From a virus (taxonomy: Duplodnaviria > Caudoviricetes), in the IMG/VR virus record IMGVR_UViG_3300010052_000157, positions 1 through 37,965 of that record: 37,965 nucleotides of DNA; one strand, written 5' to 3'. The translations under genes and the position numbers were made by a program. Shown here one piece after another: positions 17,218 to 25,488 of this stretch (positions are counted from its first letter, which is position 1; each line of letters starts with the position of its first letter). The notes below the pieces were generated by a model. The model saw only the letters and a program-made list of their open reading frames with translations. It searched no databases and had not been told where the DNA came from.

Positions 17218-19273
17218 CGAACATGGTTACGAGTAGGCGTACACGCCGGCCGTCGTGGACCTTGCGCATTGCAGCGATGTGAGTCTCGCTTTCGAACTCC
17301 ACGTGCCTGGCAGTCTTTGACTTAACGGCCATTCCCGACAGGAGCGTTTGAAGTTTCCCTTTGACCTCGGGATGCTTAGCGAGGATTTTCGCCAGACCGT
17401 AGCCGCGCTGCTTCCGCCCGTTCGGAACTTCACCCCAAGGCAGGTCGATTGCCCCGACTTCGGGATGATTCAGCGCACCAAGCGCGATACCAGCCTGGAT
17501 CTCCGACAGGAACTGTTCGGCTTCATGGGCCTTGCCGCGGAACTGGTTGTAGACCGGCCCGAAGGCGCCGTAGTGGCTCGGCTTGATCTTCCCCCTGACG
17601 TGGTGTTGCTGGAAGTGTGGGTGACTCGAGATGCGCCCACTCACCCAGCGCCCGTTCGCGTCCCGTGGTTGGCTTGGATCGTACTTGCGAAAGACTTCCC
17701 GGACATCATCGGCCGTTGAGCATGCGCTCAGGGCTTCCGAGATCTCGGCGCGGTCGAACTCGTTTAGCCACTCGGACGCAAACTCGCAGGCTGGCGATCC
17801 GTGCTCGCGTAGCCGAGACAACGCCTTGCGTTCCCACCTGCGAAGATCCGCAGCGCGCTGCTCGTCTTCGTCGGGATCCTCATCATCGGCCATGTCGCCT
17901 TCGGTGTCGTCGAACTCATCGGGCTTGACCGAACCAACAAGATCGTCACCGCCTTCGATCGGCTCGAGGCCCTCGGCCTGGCGAGCTTCGTTCGGGGTCA
18001 TCCACGGGCCGCCGACAGCCTTGGCCAGACGGTCCGTCCGTTCGGCGGGCTCCTCCTCGCCCTCGGTCACATTGACCACGGACAGGCTCGAGTAGCCTAG
18101 ACGCTCGAGGAGATCGTTGTAGAGATCAGCGCGCATCGCCAGCAGGCGGCCTACGCCAAACTGCGACGTGGCCGAGAAGCTCTCCTCCTGGCTGACCTTG
18201 TACTGCTCGCCCGCGTAGCCGATCGACGCCGGCTGTACACCGAAGATCGAGCACGTCCGGCGCATCAGCCAGAGCTCGAACTGTTGGAAATCGGCGTCCT
18301 TGCGGCTCTGAGTCCAGACCGGCTTCGTTCCGTCCGGGACCAGGCGGGTCTTGCGCCGGTCCGCCGTCTGGCCGGCAAGCATCGCATCGAAGTAGGCGGC
18401 GTATGTCTGCAACTGCTCGGGAGTCCATTCCTTGGGCACTGCGATCAGCTGGTCGGGCGTATTGCCGTCCGTGAGCCACGTGCGATTCCACTCGTCGGCC
18501 TTGAGCGCCGAGATCGTCACGCCGGCGAGCCATTCGACAGGCGAGCGGTAGTACGGCGTCGACGAGACCGGATACATGCCATCGTAGATCAGCTCGTCCA
18601 TCGAGATCGAGGGCCGGACGTTGACGCCCTGGACCCACTGCTCGAATGCGTCGTTCGGGTGCTGCCAGCCATAGGGGTCGACCTTGGGCTTGATCGTTGC
18701 TGAGTCAATCGCTACGACCTGATACGGCTTTCCGGTCCGCGTCTGCTGAATGAACGCAGCAAAGGCACCGATGACAAGGGCATCCTCGAAGATCTGATCC
18801 TCGAAGTGACGGCGCACGAGGCCGAATCCGCCCAACCCGCCGGCCCGCGAATCGAGCCAGGCCGCGGCTTGGTCGATCAGCCGCTTCGTTGCATCCGAAT
18901 CATCCTTGGCGTCCTTGGCCACCAGCTTGATCGGCACTGCTTGGACTTCGGTCTTGAGGTGGTTGATGCACGACCGCATCACGTCGTAGGTGTCCGCGAG
19001 CCGCCGGAGAGTCTCGAGATCGATCTTCGTGCGCGGGCGCATCCGCGGCGAGTGCGGCTGGCTGTAGATGAACGGATTGTCGAAGGCGTACATGCCTGGG
19101 CGGGGGCCCTGCGGCACGCTGTTGCCCTGGATGGCCGTGGCAAGCGCCTCTGCAGCTCGGCGCGTGGCCATCTGCTCTGCTTCCTGCCGAATGACGGCCG
19201 ACTGTTCGGCGACGCGAGCGTCGACTTGCGCGGCGATCTGTCGCTCGATTACGGTAAGTGGCCAGATTCTCAT
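17201..19273 (-). CDS. Portal protein fused to a C-terminal putative PBECR-like nuclease domain
   Basis: Portal motifs ('VVAIDSATIKP', 'ICSIFGV'-like RTCSIFGVQP, 'MTPNEARQAEGLEPIEGGD'); then KYDPSQPRDANGRW and 'IDLPWG...GYGLAKILAKHPE...LLVTMF'. Confidence 0.85.
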   Translation of the reverse strand: MRIWPLTVIERQIAAQVDARVAEQSAVIRQEAEQMATRRAAEALATAIQGNSVPQGPRPGMYAFDNPFIYSQPHSPRMRPRTKIDLETLRRLADTYDVMRSCINHLKTEVQAVPIKLVAKDAKDDSDATKRLIDQAAAWLDSRAGGLGGFGLVRRHFEDQIFEDALVIGAFAAFIQQTRTGKPYQVVAIDSATIKPKVDPYGWQHPNDAFEQWVQGVNVRPSISMDELIYDGMYPVSSTPYYRSPVEWLAGVTISALKADEWNRTWLTDGNTPDQLIAVPKEWTPEQLQTYAAYFDAMLAGQTADRRKTRLVPDGTKPVWTQSRKDADFQQFELWLMRRTCSIFGVQPASIGYAGEQYKVSQEESFSATSQFGVGRLLAMRADLYNDLLERLGYSSLSVVNVTEGEEEPAERTDRLAKAVGGPWMTPNEARQAEGLEPIEGGDDLVGSVKPDEFDDTEGDMADDEDPDEDEQRAADLRRWERKALSRLREHGSPACEFASEWLNEFDRAEISEALSACSTADDVREVFRKYDPSQPRDANGRWVSGRISSHPHFQQHHVRGKIKPSHYGAFGPVYNQFRGKAHEAEQFLSEIQAGIALGALNHPEVGAIDLPWGEVPNGRKQRGYGLAKILAKHPEVKGKLQTLLSGMAVKSKTARHVEFESETHIAAMRKVHDGRRVRLLVTMFEKKSP

Positions 19274-21000
19274 GAATTCTCCGGTCGAACTCGTGACATC
19301 AGGAAGTCCATCGCGGTCTTGTTGTGGATCCAGCCTCGAGGTCGAAGCTTCATCATCTGTTGGGCAAGCGCCACGGATCTCACTCGGTCGTCATGTGTGC
19401 CGCCGTCGCCACCCGCCTTTCCACCGGGCAGCTTGACGTATCTCATCAGCTCTTGCACGGTCGGGATGTGATTGAGCAGGATCTCGTTGTTCTCGATGAC
19501 CGCTGCGAGGTCGTCGTCAGCCATCGCCTTGGTCTTAGGCGTCGTCGGGAATCCTGGGCGCCTGGTCGTCGGGATCTTGTTCGCGTCGAACTCTTGGTGC
19601 ATGTACATGCCGAGGCCCTGCGTGTCCACCTGTTGCGGGTAGCCGGCCTCGTAGATCGCAGCGTCGAGGACAGCGTGGCCGTGGTTGTTGCGCTCGATGG
19701 CCATGAGCGCAGTCCCGTACCAGAAGCCCAGTTCGGCAAGGATGAGCCCGAACTCGCGCGGCGACCATCGGCCATGGAGCGATGCCACTTGATCACCCGA
19801 CGCCGAGTCGAACACGTCAGCGCTGCAGTAGTCATGGTCCGTGCCCTTGGTGTTCAGTCCCTCGGCCGGGTCAGCTCCGATCGCGTAGATCTTCTCCGCA
19901 TCAGGAAGGGCGTAGATCGTCAACTCGCCGGGCTGGAGAGCGCGTAGCCGGACGAGGCCCTCGGGCACAGGATATGTTGCCGGCGGGTTTGCCCTCAGGA
20001 AATCGATGCGGGACTGCAGCTGAGGCCGGTTGAAGTACGGGTTGCCAGAGCTTAGGAATGCTTCCTCTGGCGTCGACGGATGCTCCTGCGGCATCTTCCG
20101 CTTGAGGTCGTTCGACTTCCATCGATGCCACGAGACCTGCTCGAGCGATAGGTTGTGCCTCGCCTTGAGGTCACGCTCCGCTTCCGTCAACTCGAACCCT
20201 TCGGGCACGTCGCGGACATATTCGTCGTGCGCGAACCACGGTGAGAAGAACGCCTTGTAGTTCCCTCGTCCTTCCTCTGCCTCGAGCCAAAGCTCATGGT
20301 GCCATGTGCCGACACCGTTGGCCGTGCTCTCGAGCACAACGTTCCCGTCCTCTGGAACGGCCTCCATGAGGCCGGCCAGGATGTCCTCAGGATTCGGCCA
20401 GAAGGCAACCTCGGTGCCGTGCAGATTGTTGATCGTGCCGCCGCGGCCACCATGCGATGAGCCAGCCGTACCGACGCTGAACGAACTGTTCAACTTTGGC
20501 CAGTAATACTCGTAGCGATTCGCGTATTGTGTTTCCGGTCGCTGATCGTGAGGCAGGTGCTGGTAGAAGTACCGCACCATTCGGAAGATTCTCTGTGTCG
20601 ACTCGCGGTCGTGGGCGATAACCAGTGTGTTCGTGTTCGGTGTCGAGATCGTATCGAGGAAGAACAGCGCCTCGATGAGCGTCGAGAAACCCTGCTGTCT
20701 TGCCTTTAGGATCAGTGAGCGCAATCCGCGGAGCCGTGGCACCTCTCCAGACCAGTCGGGGACAAGCGAATTGAGGTAGCTCACCTGTACCGGGTTCGGG
20801 CTGAACTGTGTGGTTAAGCGCTTCTTGGTCCTGATCAGCAGGTCGGAGAACTCGAACTCGATCGGCTTCTCATCTTCCTTCTGCTCCGCAGGCGTGATTC
20901 CATCAGCGATCTGCAGAAGACATAAGTCGAACAAGCTTCTCGCGGATCCGGGCGCGGACACTGGGTGCAATCTCCTCTTGTTCGTCGTTGATGGCCGCAA
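19270..21000 (-). CDS. terL: Terminase large subunit (start uncertain)
   Basis: Walker A LKARQQGFST, Walker B LHGTE, motif III ESTANG, nuclease IGADPAEG and HDDRV. Confidence 0.93.
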   Translation of the reverse strand: MRPSTTNKRRLHPVSAPGSARSLFDLCLLQIADGITPAEQKEDEKPIEFEFSDLLIRTKKRLTTQFSPNPVQVSYLNSLVPDWSGEVPRLRGLRSLILKARQQGFSTLIEALFFLDTISTPNTNTLVIAHDRESTQRIFRMVRYFYQHLPHDQRPETQYANRYEYYWPKLNSSFSVGTAGSSHGGRGGTINNLHGTEVAFWPNPEDILAGLMEAVPEDGNVVLESTANGVGTWHHELWLEAEEGRGNYKAFFSPWFAHDEYVRDVPEGFELTEAERDLKARHNLSLEQVSWHRWKSNDLKRKMPQEHPSTPEEAFLSSGNPYFNRPQLQSRIDFLRANPPATYPVPEGLVRLRALQPGELTIYALPDAEKIYAIGADPAEGLNTKGTDHDYCSADVFDSASGDQVASLHGRWSPREFGLILAELGFWYGTALMAIERNNHGHAVLDAAIYEAGYPQQVDTQGLGMYMHQEFDANKIPTTRRPGFPTTPKTKAMADDDLAAVIENNEILLNHIPTVQELMRYVKLPGGKAGGDGGTHDDRVRSVALAQQMMKLRPRGWIHNKTAMDFLMSRVRPENS

Positions 21001-21487
21001 TCAAGGTGGCGACCAGGGCATTGGCCTGGCGGGCGTTGAGGTTCGACTCCATCAGCGCCTGCCGGCGCGAGTCAACTGCGATGAGCCTGGCTTTCTGGGC
21101 GGTGAGCCGTTCGAACTTGGCCTCGAGGGCTTCGAGCCCTTGGCCGCGGGCGAAGATCGCCTTGAGCGCTGCGGCGTCGCCAGCCTCGAACGCCTTGCGC
21201 GCCTCTGCCCAACTGGCGCCGGACTGGTCTCGCATCTGGGCGAGCGTCTCGAGGATCATCGCCTCTGTCGTGCGGATGTCCTCAGCCAGCGTGGCGAGCT
21301 CGGCGTCCTTCTCGAGCTCGTCGTAGAGGTCGCGAAGTCCGGTCGGCAGGTACTTCGATCGACGGCCGTGCTTGAGCGGCGCGCCGGTCGATAGCCCGCC
21401 ATGCAGCCGGCAACGGCCGTTGGCCATCGGTGGCCGCTTGCACTCTCCGCCCGATCGTGTCTTGGCTCCGCAGTGCTTCTTGCTCAT
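20903..21487 (-). CDS. Terminase small subunit-like protein with HGGxSTG domain
   Basis: CGAKTRSGGECKRPPMANGRCRLHGGLSTG; directly upstream of terL. Confidence 0.8.
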   Translation of the reverse strand: MSKKHCGAKTRSGGECKRPPMANGRCRLHGGLSTGAPLKHGRRSKYLPTGLRDLYDELEKDAELATLAEDIRTTEAMILETLAQMRDQSGASWAEARKAFEAGDAAALKAIFARGQGLEALEAKFERLTAQKARLIAVDSRRQALMESNLNARQANALVATLIAAINDEQEEIAPSVRARIREKLVRLMSSADR

Positions 21488-22014
21488 CCGAGAGGTCGAT
21501 AGCCCTCCACTTCGTCCGGCTTGGGCTTGAGCTTGTCGTCAAACGGGTCTTGCTCGAGCTGCTTCAGCTTGCCTTCGAGGAGCTTCGAGAGCCAGGCGAG
21601 CCGCTTGAAACCCATCTTGCCGATGTTCTCGAGGATGCTGAGCGCCTCGGTGGCGATCACGATCGCGAGCACGGCCGTGACGACGGTCGAGTGGGCAGTG
21701 ACGAGGCCCGGAAGATGCCGAGTAACGACCGCGGCGACGATGATGCTCGAACCGTAGGCGACGATCTTGACCAGGATCCGCGAGAGCTTCGTGCTCGTGA
21801 TCGCTTGGCCGGTGGCGAACGCAGCGACGAATCCGGTGAGCGTGTCCAGGAACATCAACCCGAACGCGGCCGCTGCCATGTTGCGCACGACGTCGGAGCC
21901 GAAGATGTACTCGGAGGCAATGGCCAGCGCGACGCCGCCCCACTTGAGGACCGGGTAGTCAGTGAACGCCTTGGCGACGTAGGTCGGGATCAGGTGAAGG
22001 TCTCTCATGGTCAA
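21484..22014 (-). CDS. Phage holin (holin_4-like)
   Basis: Multiple TM segments; 'DTLTG', 'EALSILENIGKMG'; charged C-terminus. Confidence 0.85.
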   Translation of the reverse strand: MTMRDLHLIPTYVAKAFTDYPVLKWGGVALAIASEYIFGSDVVRNMAAAAFGLMFLDTLTGFVAAFATGQAITSTKLSRILVKIVAYGSSIIVAAVVTRHLPGLVTAHSTVVTAVLAIVIATEALSILENIGKMGFKRLAWLSKLLEGKLKQLEQDPFDDKLKPKPDEVEGYRPLG

Positions 22015-22343
22015 TCAACATCCCAGTCGTTCTTTGCCTCGCTCCACTTGACCATCGGGACCGTCTTGCCTGCGAGATCGTGTTGCGAGTCCGAACAAAA
22101 CTCGATCTGCCCGTCACGAACGAACAGATGGCAAATGGCTCCATCGTTTGATCTCGCGTGGACAAGCAGCGAAGGCGAAAACGTGGGGCGCTCCATGTTG
22201 CCGTCGAAACACCACGTCGGATAGCCGGGCTCTGGCTTAATCCGATACGGATGCTCGCGCCCGCAACCAGGGCAGTGAAACGCAAGAATAGCGGTCTCCC
22301 CGGACTTATCCGGGTACGGAAACAGAACGTCGCCGTCTTTCAT
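22011..22343 (-). CDS. DUF6527-like Cys/His protein
   Basis: Start ATG 22343 (ATGA overlap); CPGC..H, 'FDGNMERPTFSPSLL', 'CHLFVRDGQIEFCSDSQHDLAG'. Confidence 0.7.
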   Translation of the reverse strand: MKDGDVLFPYPDKSGETAILAFHCPGCGREHPYRIKPEPGYPTWCFDGNMERPTFSPSLLVHARSNDGAICHLFVRDGQIEFCSDSQHDLAGKTVPMVKWSEAKNDWDVD

Positions 22344-22879
22344 GCCGACCTCCAGGGCTTGATTTCGCGGCCGCATCGTTGGCTCACGGCCTTGCAGAAC
22401 AGCGACAAGGGGAACGGCTTCGAATACGGTAGGTGCTCGACAGGACCGCGCGGGTCGAACTTGCGCCCGGGGCTGATGATCGCGTGCGTCGTGATCCACT
22501 GGATCGAGGGGTACGCGGTGCACTCAGCTGCACACCACTCAACCATGGCGTCCCACTGCTTGATCGAGATCGGTGTCTTCCCGTCCTCGATGTTGCTGGC
22601 AGCGATGCCCAGCGAGTAGGCGTTGACGCCTGGCCCGTTCGGGCCGTTGCTCTTGCCGGCGTGATAGGCGACATGGCTGTCCTTCACGCACTTGAGGATC
22701 GTGCCGTCTCCGTCAACGTCGTTCGGATCCGAGACGATCGCGTGATAGCTGAGCCCGATCTTGTCGAGCCAACTGGACGAGCTGCGCGCCGAGCTTCCCG
22801 CGGTGCCATGCAGCACGATCGTGGTCACCGGTCGCTTGCGCTTGCCGAACGCGAGGTGCAACAAGTTGATGATCTTCAT
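22340..22879 (-). CDS. Endolysin, N-acetylmuramoyl-L-alanine amidase (Amidase_2)
   Basis: IVLHGT, SYH, AYHAG, NAYSLGI, H...PGRKFDP zinc-amidase motifs. Confidence 0.9.
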   Translation of the reverse strand: MKIINLLHLAFGKRKRPVTTIVLHGTAGSSARSSSSWLDKIGLSYHAIVSDPNDVDGDGTILKCVKDSHVAYHAGKSNGPNGPGVNAYSLGIAASNIEDGKTPISIKQWDAMVEWCAAECTAYPSIQWITTHAIISPGRKFDPRGPVEHLPYSKPFPLSLFCKAVSQRCGREIKPWRSA

Positions 22880-23038
22880 GGCGTTGGGGAGGCCCCGCGC
22901 GTAACCACGGGGCCTTGGAGGTTTCTCGTCGAGGCGGCCCGGGTGCGTTACGTCTGGACAATGGTTGGACCCGTTGGCGTCTCAGCCACCCGTGGCATCG
23001 TGCCGAAGAACTTGTTACGATGGGGCCGCGTCGGGGTC

Positions 23039-23076
23039 CAAAGCACGAAAGCCCCACCGCAGGGCGCAGTGAGGCT
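23039..23076 (-). terminator. Intrinsic terminator-like hairpin in the late leader (tR'-like)
   Basis: agcctcactgc/gcggtggggct stem followed by ttcgtgcttt on the minus strand. Confidence 0.55.
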
Positions 23077-23123
23077 AAATTGACGAACGCCCGCACCTTT
23101 CAGGCACGAGCGTCCTCGCAAAC

Positions 23124-23129
23124 ATTATA
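23124..23129 (-). promoter_or_regulatory. Putative late promoter -10 (TATAAT)
   Basis: Perfect TATAAT upstream of the lysis/structural operon in an AT-rich patch; -35 weak. Confidence 0.6.
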
Positions 23130-23237
23130 CGATCAATCCAAGAAGAAAGCATCCATCTTCTTCATTTCAGGTTCAAAATCGGGCAAGATGGGCAACACGT
23201 GGCCCTGAAAATGCCGATTTGTAGTAGTCAGGAGCGA

Positions 23238-23693
23238 TCAGATCTCGAGCTTTGGCTGCATGTGGACCGGCATAACGACTTGTGGGGGGCCAGCAACAAT
23301 CGGAAACCCGCCACTTCGCAACTTTGCTGCAAGCGACTCGTCGAAGGTTACAAAGTAGCCGCATCCAATGGCAAGCGCAGTGGCGACATGCACGGCGTCC
23401 GGAGGCTTAACTCCGATTTGCTCGCCAATGTCGCCCGCTGATCTCGCGATTAGTCGGGATAGTTGATGTGGTTGTGCCTTGTGCCCATCGAACAGCGAAT
23501 CCATGACCTTTGGGTCTCTCCGGCATTCCGCGAATATCAGCGTTGATGCGGCAAGAACCTTGCGGCCCTTGGCGACCTCTGAGAAGAGGTACGTCAACCC
23601 GTCTCGCTCAGGCTGGGGGCGATCTTCGTTGTCTAGCCATGAGATGACAACACAAGTATCGACATAGACAAGTTCATCTCGACCAGCTGTCAC
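23238..23693 (-). CDS. PIN domain (VapC-like) ribonuclease
   Basis: YVDTCVVI, STLIFAEC, KPPDAVHVATA, FVTFD: the conserved acidic residues are present. Confidence 0.88.
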   Translation of the reverse strand: MTAGRDELVYVDTCVVISWLDNEDRPQPERDGLTYLFSEVAKGRKVLAASTLIFAECRRDPKVMDSLFDGHKAQPHQLSRLIARSAGDIGEQIGVKPPDAVHVATALAIGCGYFVTFDESLAAKLRSGGFPIVAGPPQVVMPVHMQPKLEI

Positions 23694-24447
23694 GAATCGA
23701 TCGCACCTCCGCTACTGAGTCTCCTGAGCCAGGAGTGGTGGAACCGCGGGTTTGCAGCCACACTTCAGGGTCCGTTGGGCGCAGAACCCTCAACGCGTTC
23801 ATCGACACTTCGAATGGGAAGGCGTCAAACTTCCGATACTTCAGCAACCCTTCAACATCGACGACCTCACCGATCGCCTCAATGATCGCAGGGAGTAGAT
23901 CCTTCTTGAACACGCAGGTGACCCGATACGGCGGCACCTCGGAATAGATTCGGAAGGTCGGCTTTCTTGATCTAATGTTGATCGCCTGCAACCTGCCGGT
24001 AATGGCTCCGTGGGACTCGGTGTAGCCGCCGAGAATATTGTCAGCCGCGATAGCAAGGGTCTCATCCAACTCAATGCTTTTGCCATCAAACTGGATCTCG
24101 GCGACACGATTGTCGTTTACGAACGCGCGCGTCATTGTGCTGATTCGCCGCACTGCGTCATGAGTCAAGCCCTTGACCTTCTTACCCTTGCGGAGATTGC
24201 TGATTGCACGTTGAACGTGATCGCGCTCGCTCTTCAGTGGCCTAGACGTTCGCTCGCGAACAGGTAGCACGTCGAGCATGAGTGGGCTGTTCCTACTTAT
24301 CCTCGTAACCTGAAGAGTCACGCCAGGTCCAACAATTCCTCGTAGCGCAGACTGAAACAGCTCGATGTATTCGATCACATCTCGAAGATCGACAGGATCA
24401 TCGTCTAGATCGATCTTGAGTTTGATCTGCGCCAGCTCTGCACTCAT
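23674..24447 (-). CDS. Hypothetical PIN partner (OB-fold-like domain with VapB-like C-terminal tail)
   Basis: GGAGG then ATG 24447 (alternative start 24462); 'ITGRLQAINI...FRIY...VTCVF...VDVEGLLKY'; overlaps the PIN start. Confidence 0.7.
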   Translation of the reverse strand: MSAELAQIKLKIDLDDDPVDLRDVIEYIELFQSALRGIVGPGVTLQVTRISRNSPLMLDVLPVRERTSRPLKSERDHVQRAISNLRKGKKVKGLTHDAVRRISTMTRAFVNDNRVAEIQFDGKSIELDETLAIAADNILGGYTESHGAITGRLQAINIRSRKPTFRIYSEVPPYRVTCVFKKDLLPAIIEAIGEVVDVEGLLKYRKFDAFPFEVSMNALRVLRPTDPEVWLQTRGSTTPGSGDSVAEVRSIRDSWSR

Positions 24448-24481
24448 TGCTACCTCCAACATTCCATATTAGCGGATCGTG

Positions 24482-25162
24482 TCAAGCTGCCCCTTTGATC
24501 ACCTCTCGTCCGACGGGGATCAGGCGGTTCACTGCCTCGCGGTGCAGCTGCTTCAACCCAACGTCGACGCACCGGCCTGGGTTCGGACCGTCATAGTCGA
24601 CCAGTAGCCGGCGCACCAGCTCATCCGGCCGGAAGGTGTGGATCGTGCGCGCCTGATCGTGATAGGGGCCAGACCTCGGATAGAGGTGCAGCAGCAGCGG
24701 AGCAGTCCAATCGTCGCATTCCTTGATGGCCGTCTCGACCATGACCTTGATCTCGAGCGGTGACGCAAGCGCCCTGTCCCGGAAAGGCGAGACGCTTCGG
24801 TGCTCGATCACGATATCACCGCCAACACGTTCGTCGATCGCAATCGGTCGGTGATCCCCGCTGACGCCGTACGCCCTGCCGGTCTCCTTGGACACGGTCT
24901 CCCACGCCAGGCGCTCTCCGAGCTCGCGGCCGGAACGTTCATCGATGATCGGGATCCGGCGCATGACGACTTCATGGACGGGCACGACCACCCGCATCGA
25001 GTGCCACACCTGCGTAGCCCAGACGTCGATCAGTAGGCGCGCGGTCTCGACTTCCGGACGTCCCCAGAATCGTGCGTTCGTGTTGCCGGCGGGAGCGCCT
25101 CGCCGATAGGGTTCTTGCTCTTCCATGGGGTTCTGTCTGCTGCTCGTTTCCTGTTCGCTCAC
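24482..25162 (-). CDS. Hypothetical protein at the late-regulator (Q-like) position
   Basis: 226 aa, AAGGAG SD; last gene of the replication operon. Confidence 0.6.
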   Translation of the reverse strand: MSEQETSSRQNPMEEQEPYRRGAPAGNTNARFWGRPEVETARLLIDVWATQVWHSMRVVVPVHEVVMRRIPIIDERSGRELGERLAWETVSKETGRAYGVSGDHRPIAIDERVGGDIVIEHRSVSPFRDRALASPLEIKVMVETAIKECDDWTAPLLLHLYPRSGPYHDQARTIHTFRPDELVRRLLVDYDGPNPGRCVDVGLKQLHREAVNRLIPVGREVIKGAA

Positions 25163-25190
25163 TTGCTTTCAATCTCCTTGATCACTGGCG

Positions 25191-25475
25191 CTAGTCCCAG
25201 GTTTTCAAAACTTGGGACAAAACTTGGGACAAACCGCCTTGGTCCAGCCCCTGGACAATATCCCCCCCAATCCCCCCTTCCCAAAGATGGAGTGGAGGCG
25301 GGTTCGTTATTCAGTTTTGGCTCAGGATCCGGGCTGTTCCCAAGTTCCCAAGTTTCTATGAGGCGGGAAACCTGGGAAATCGAGCTTTGAACCTAGTCCC
25401 AAGTTTTATTCCCAAGTTCCCAAGTTTTCGAGAAACTTGGGACTAGACTCATTTGAACCTCGTCCCAAGTTTTTT
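25191..25475. repeat. Iteron cluster, putative replication origin
   Basis: 11 copies of TCCCA(A/G)GTT in both orientations in the non-coding gap downstream of the helicase gene. Confidence 0.8.
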
Positions 25476-25488
25476 TCGGTCTTGGCTC

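Noticed and set aside
24480-24485. Perfect TTGACA as the -35 of the PIN operon
   Set aside because: Only 8 nt from the TAATAT hexamer, and no good -10 at 16-18 nt spacing.
25191-25475. Possible CRISPR array
   Set aside because: Repeats are only ~9-12 bp, in both orientations and irregularly spaced, with no cas genes; they fit iterons.
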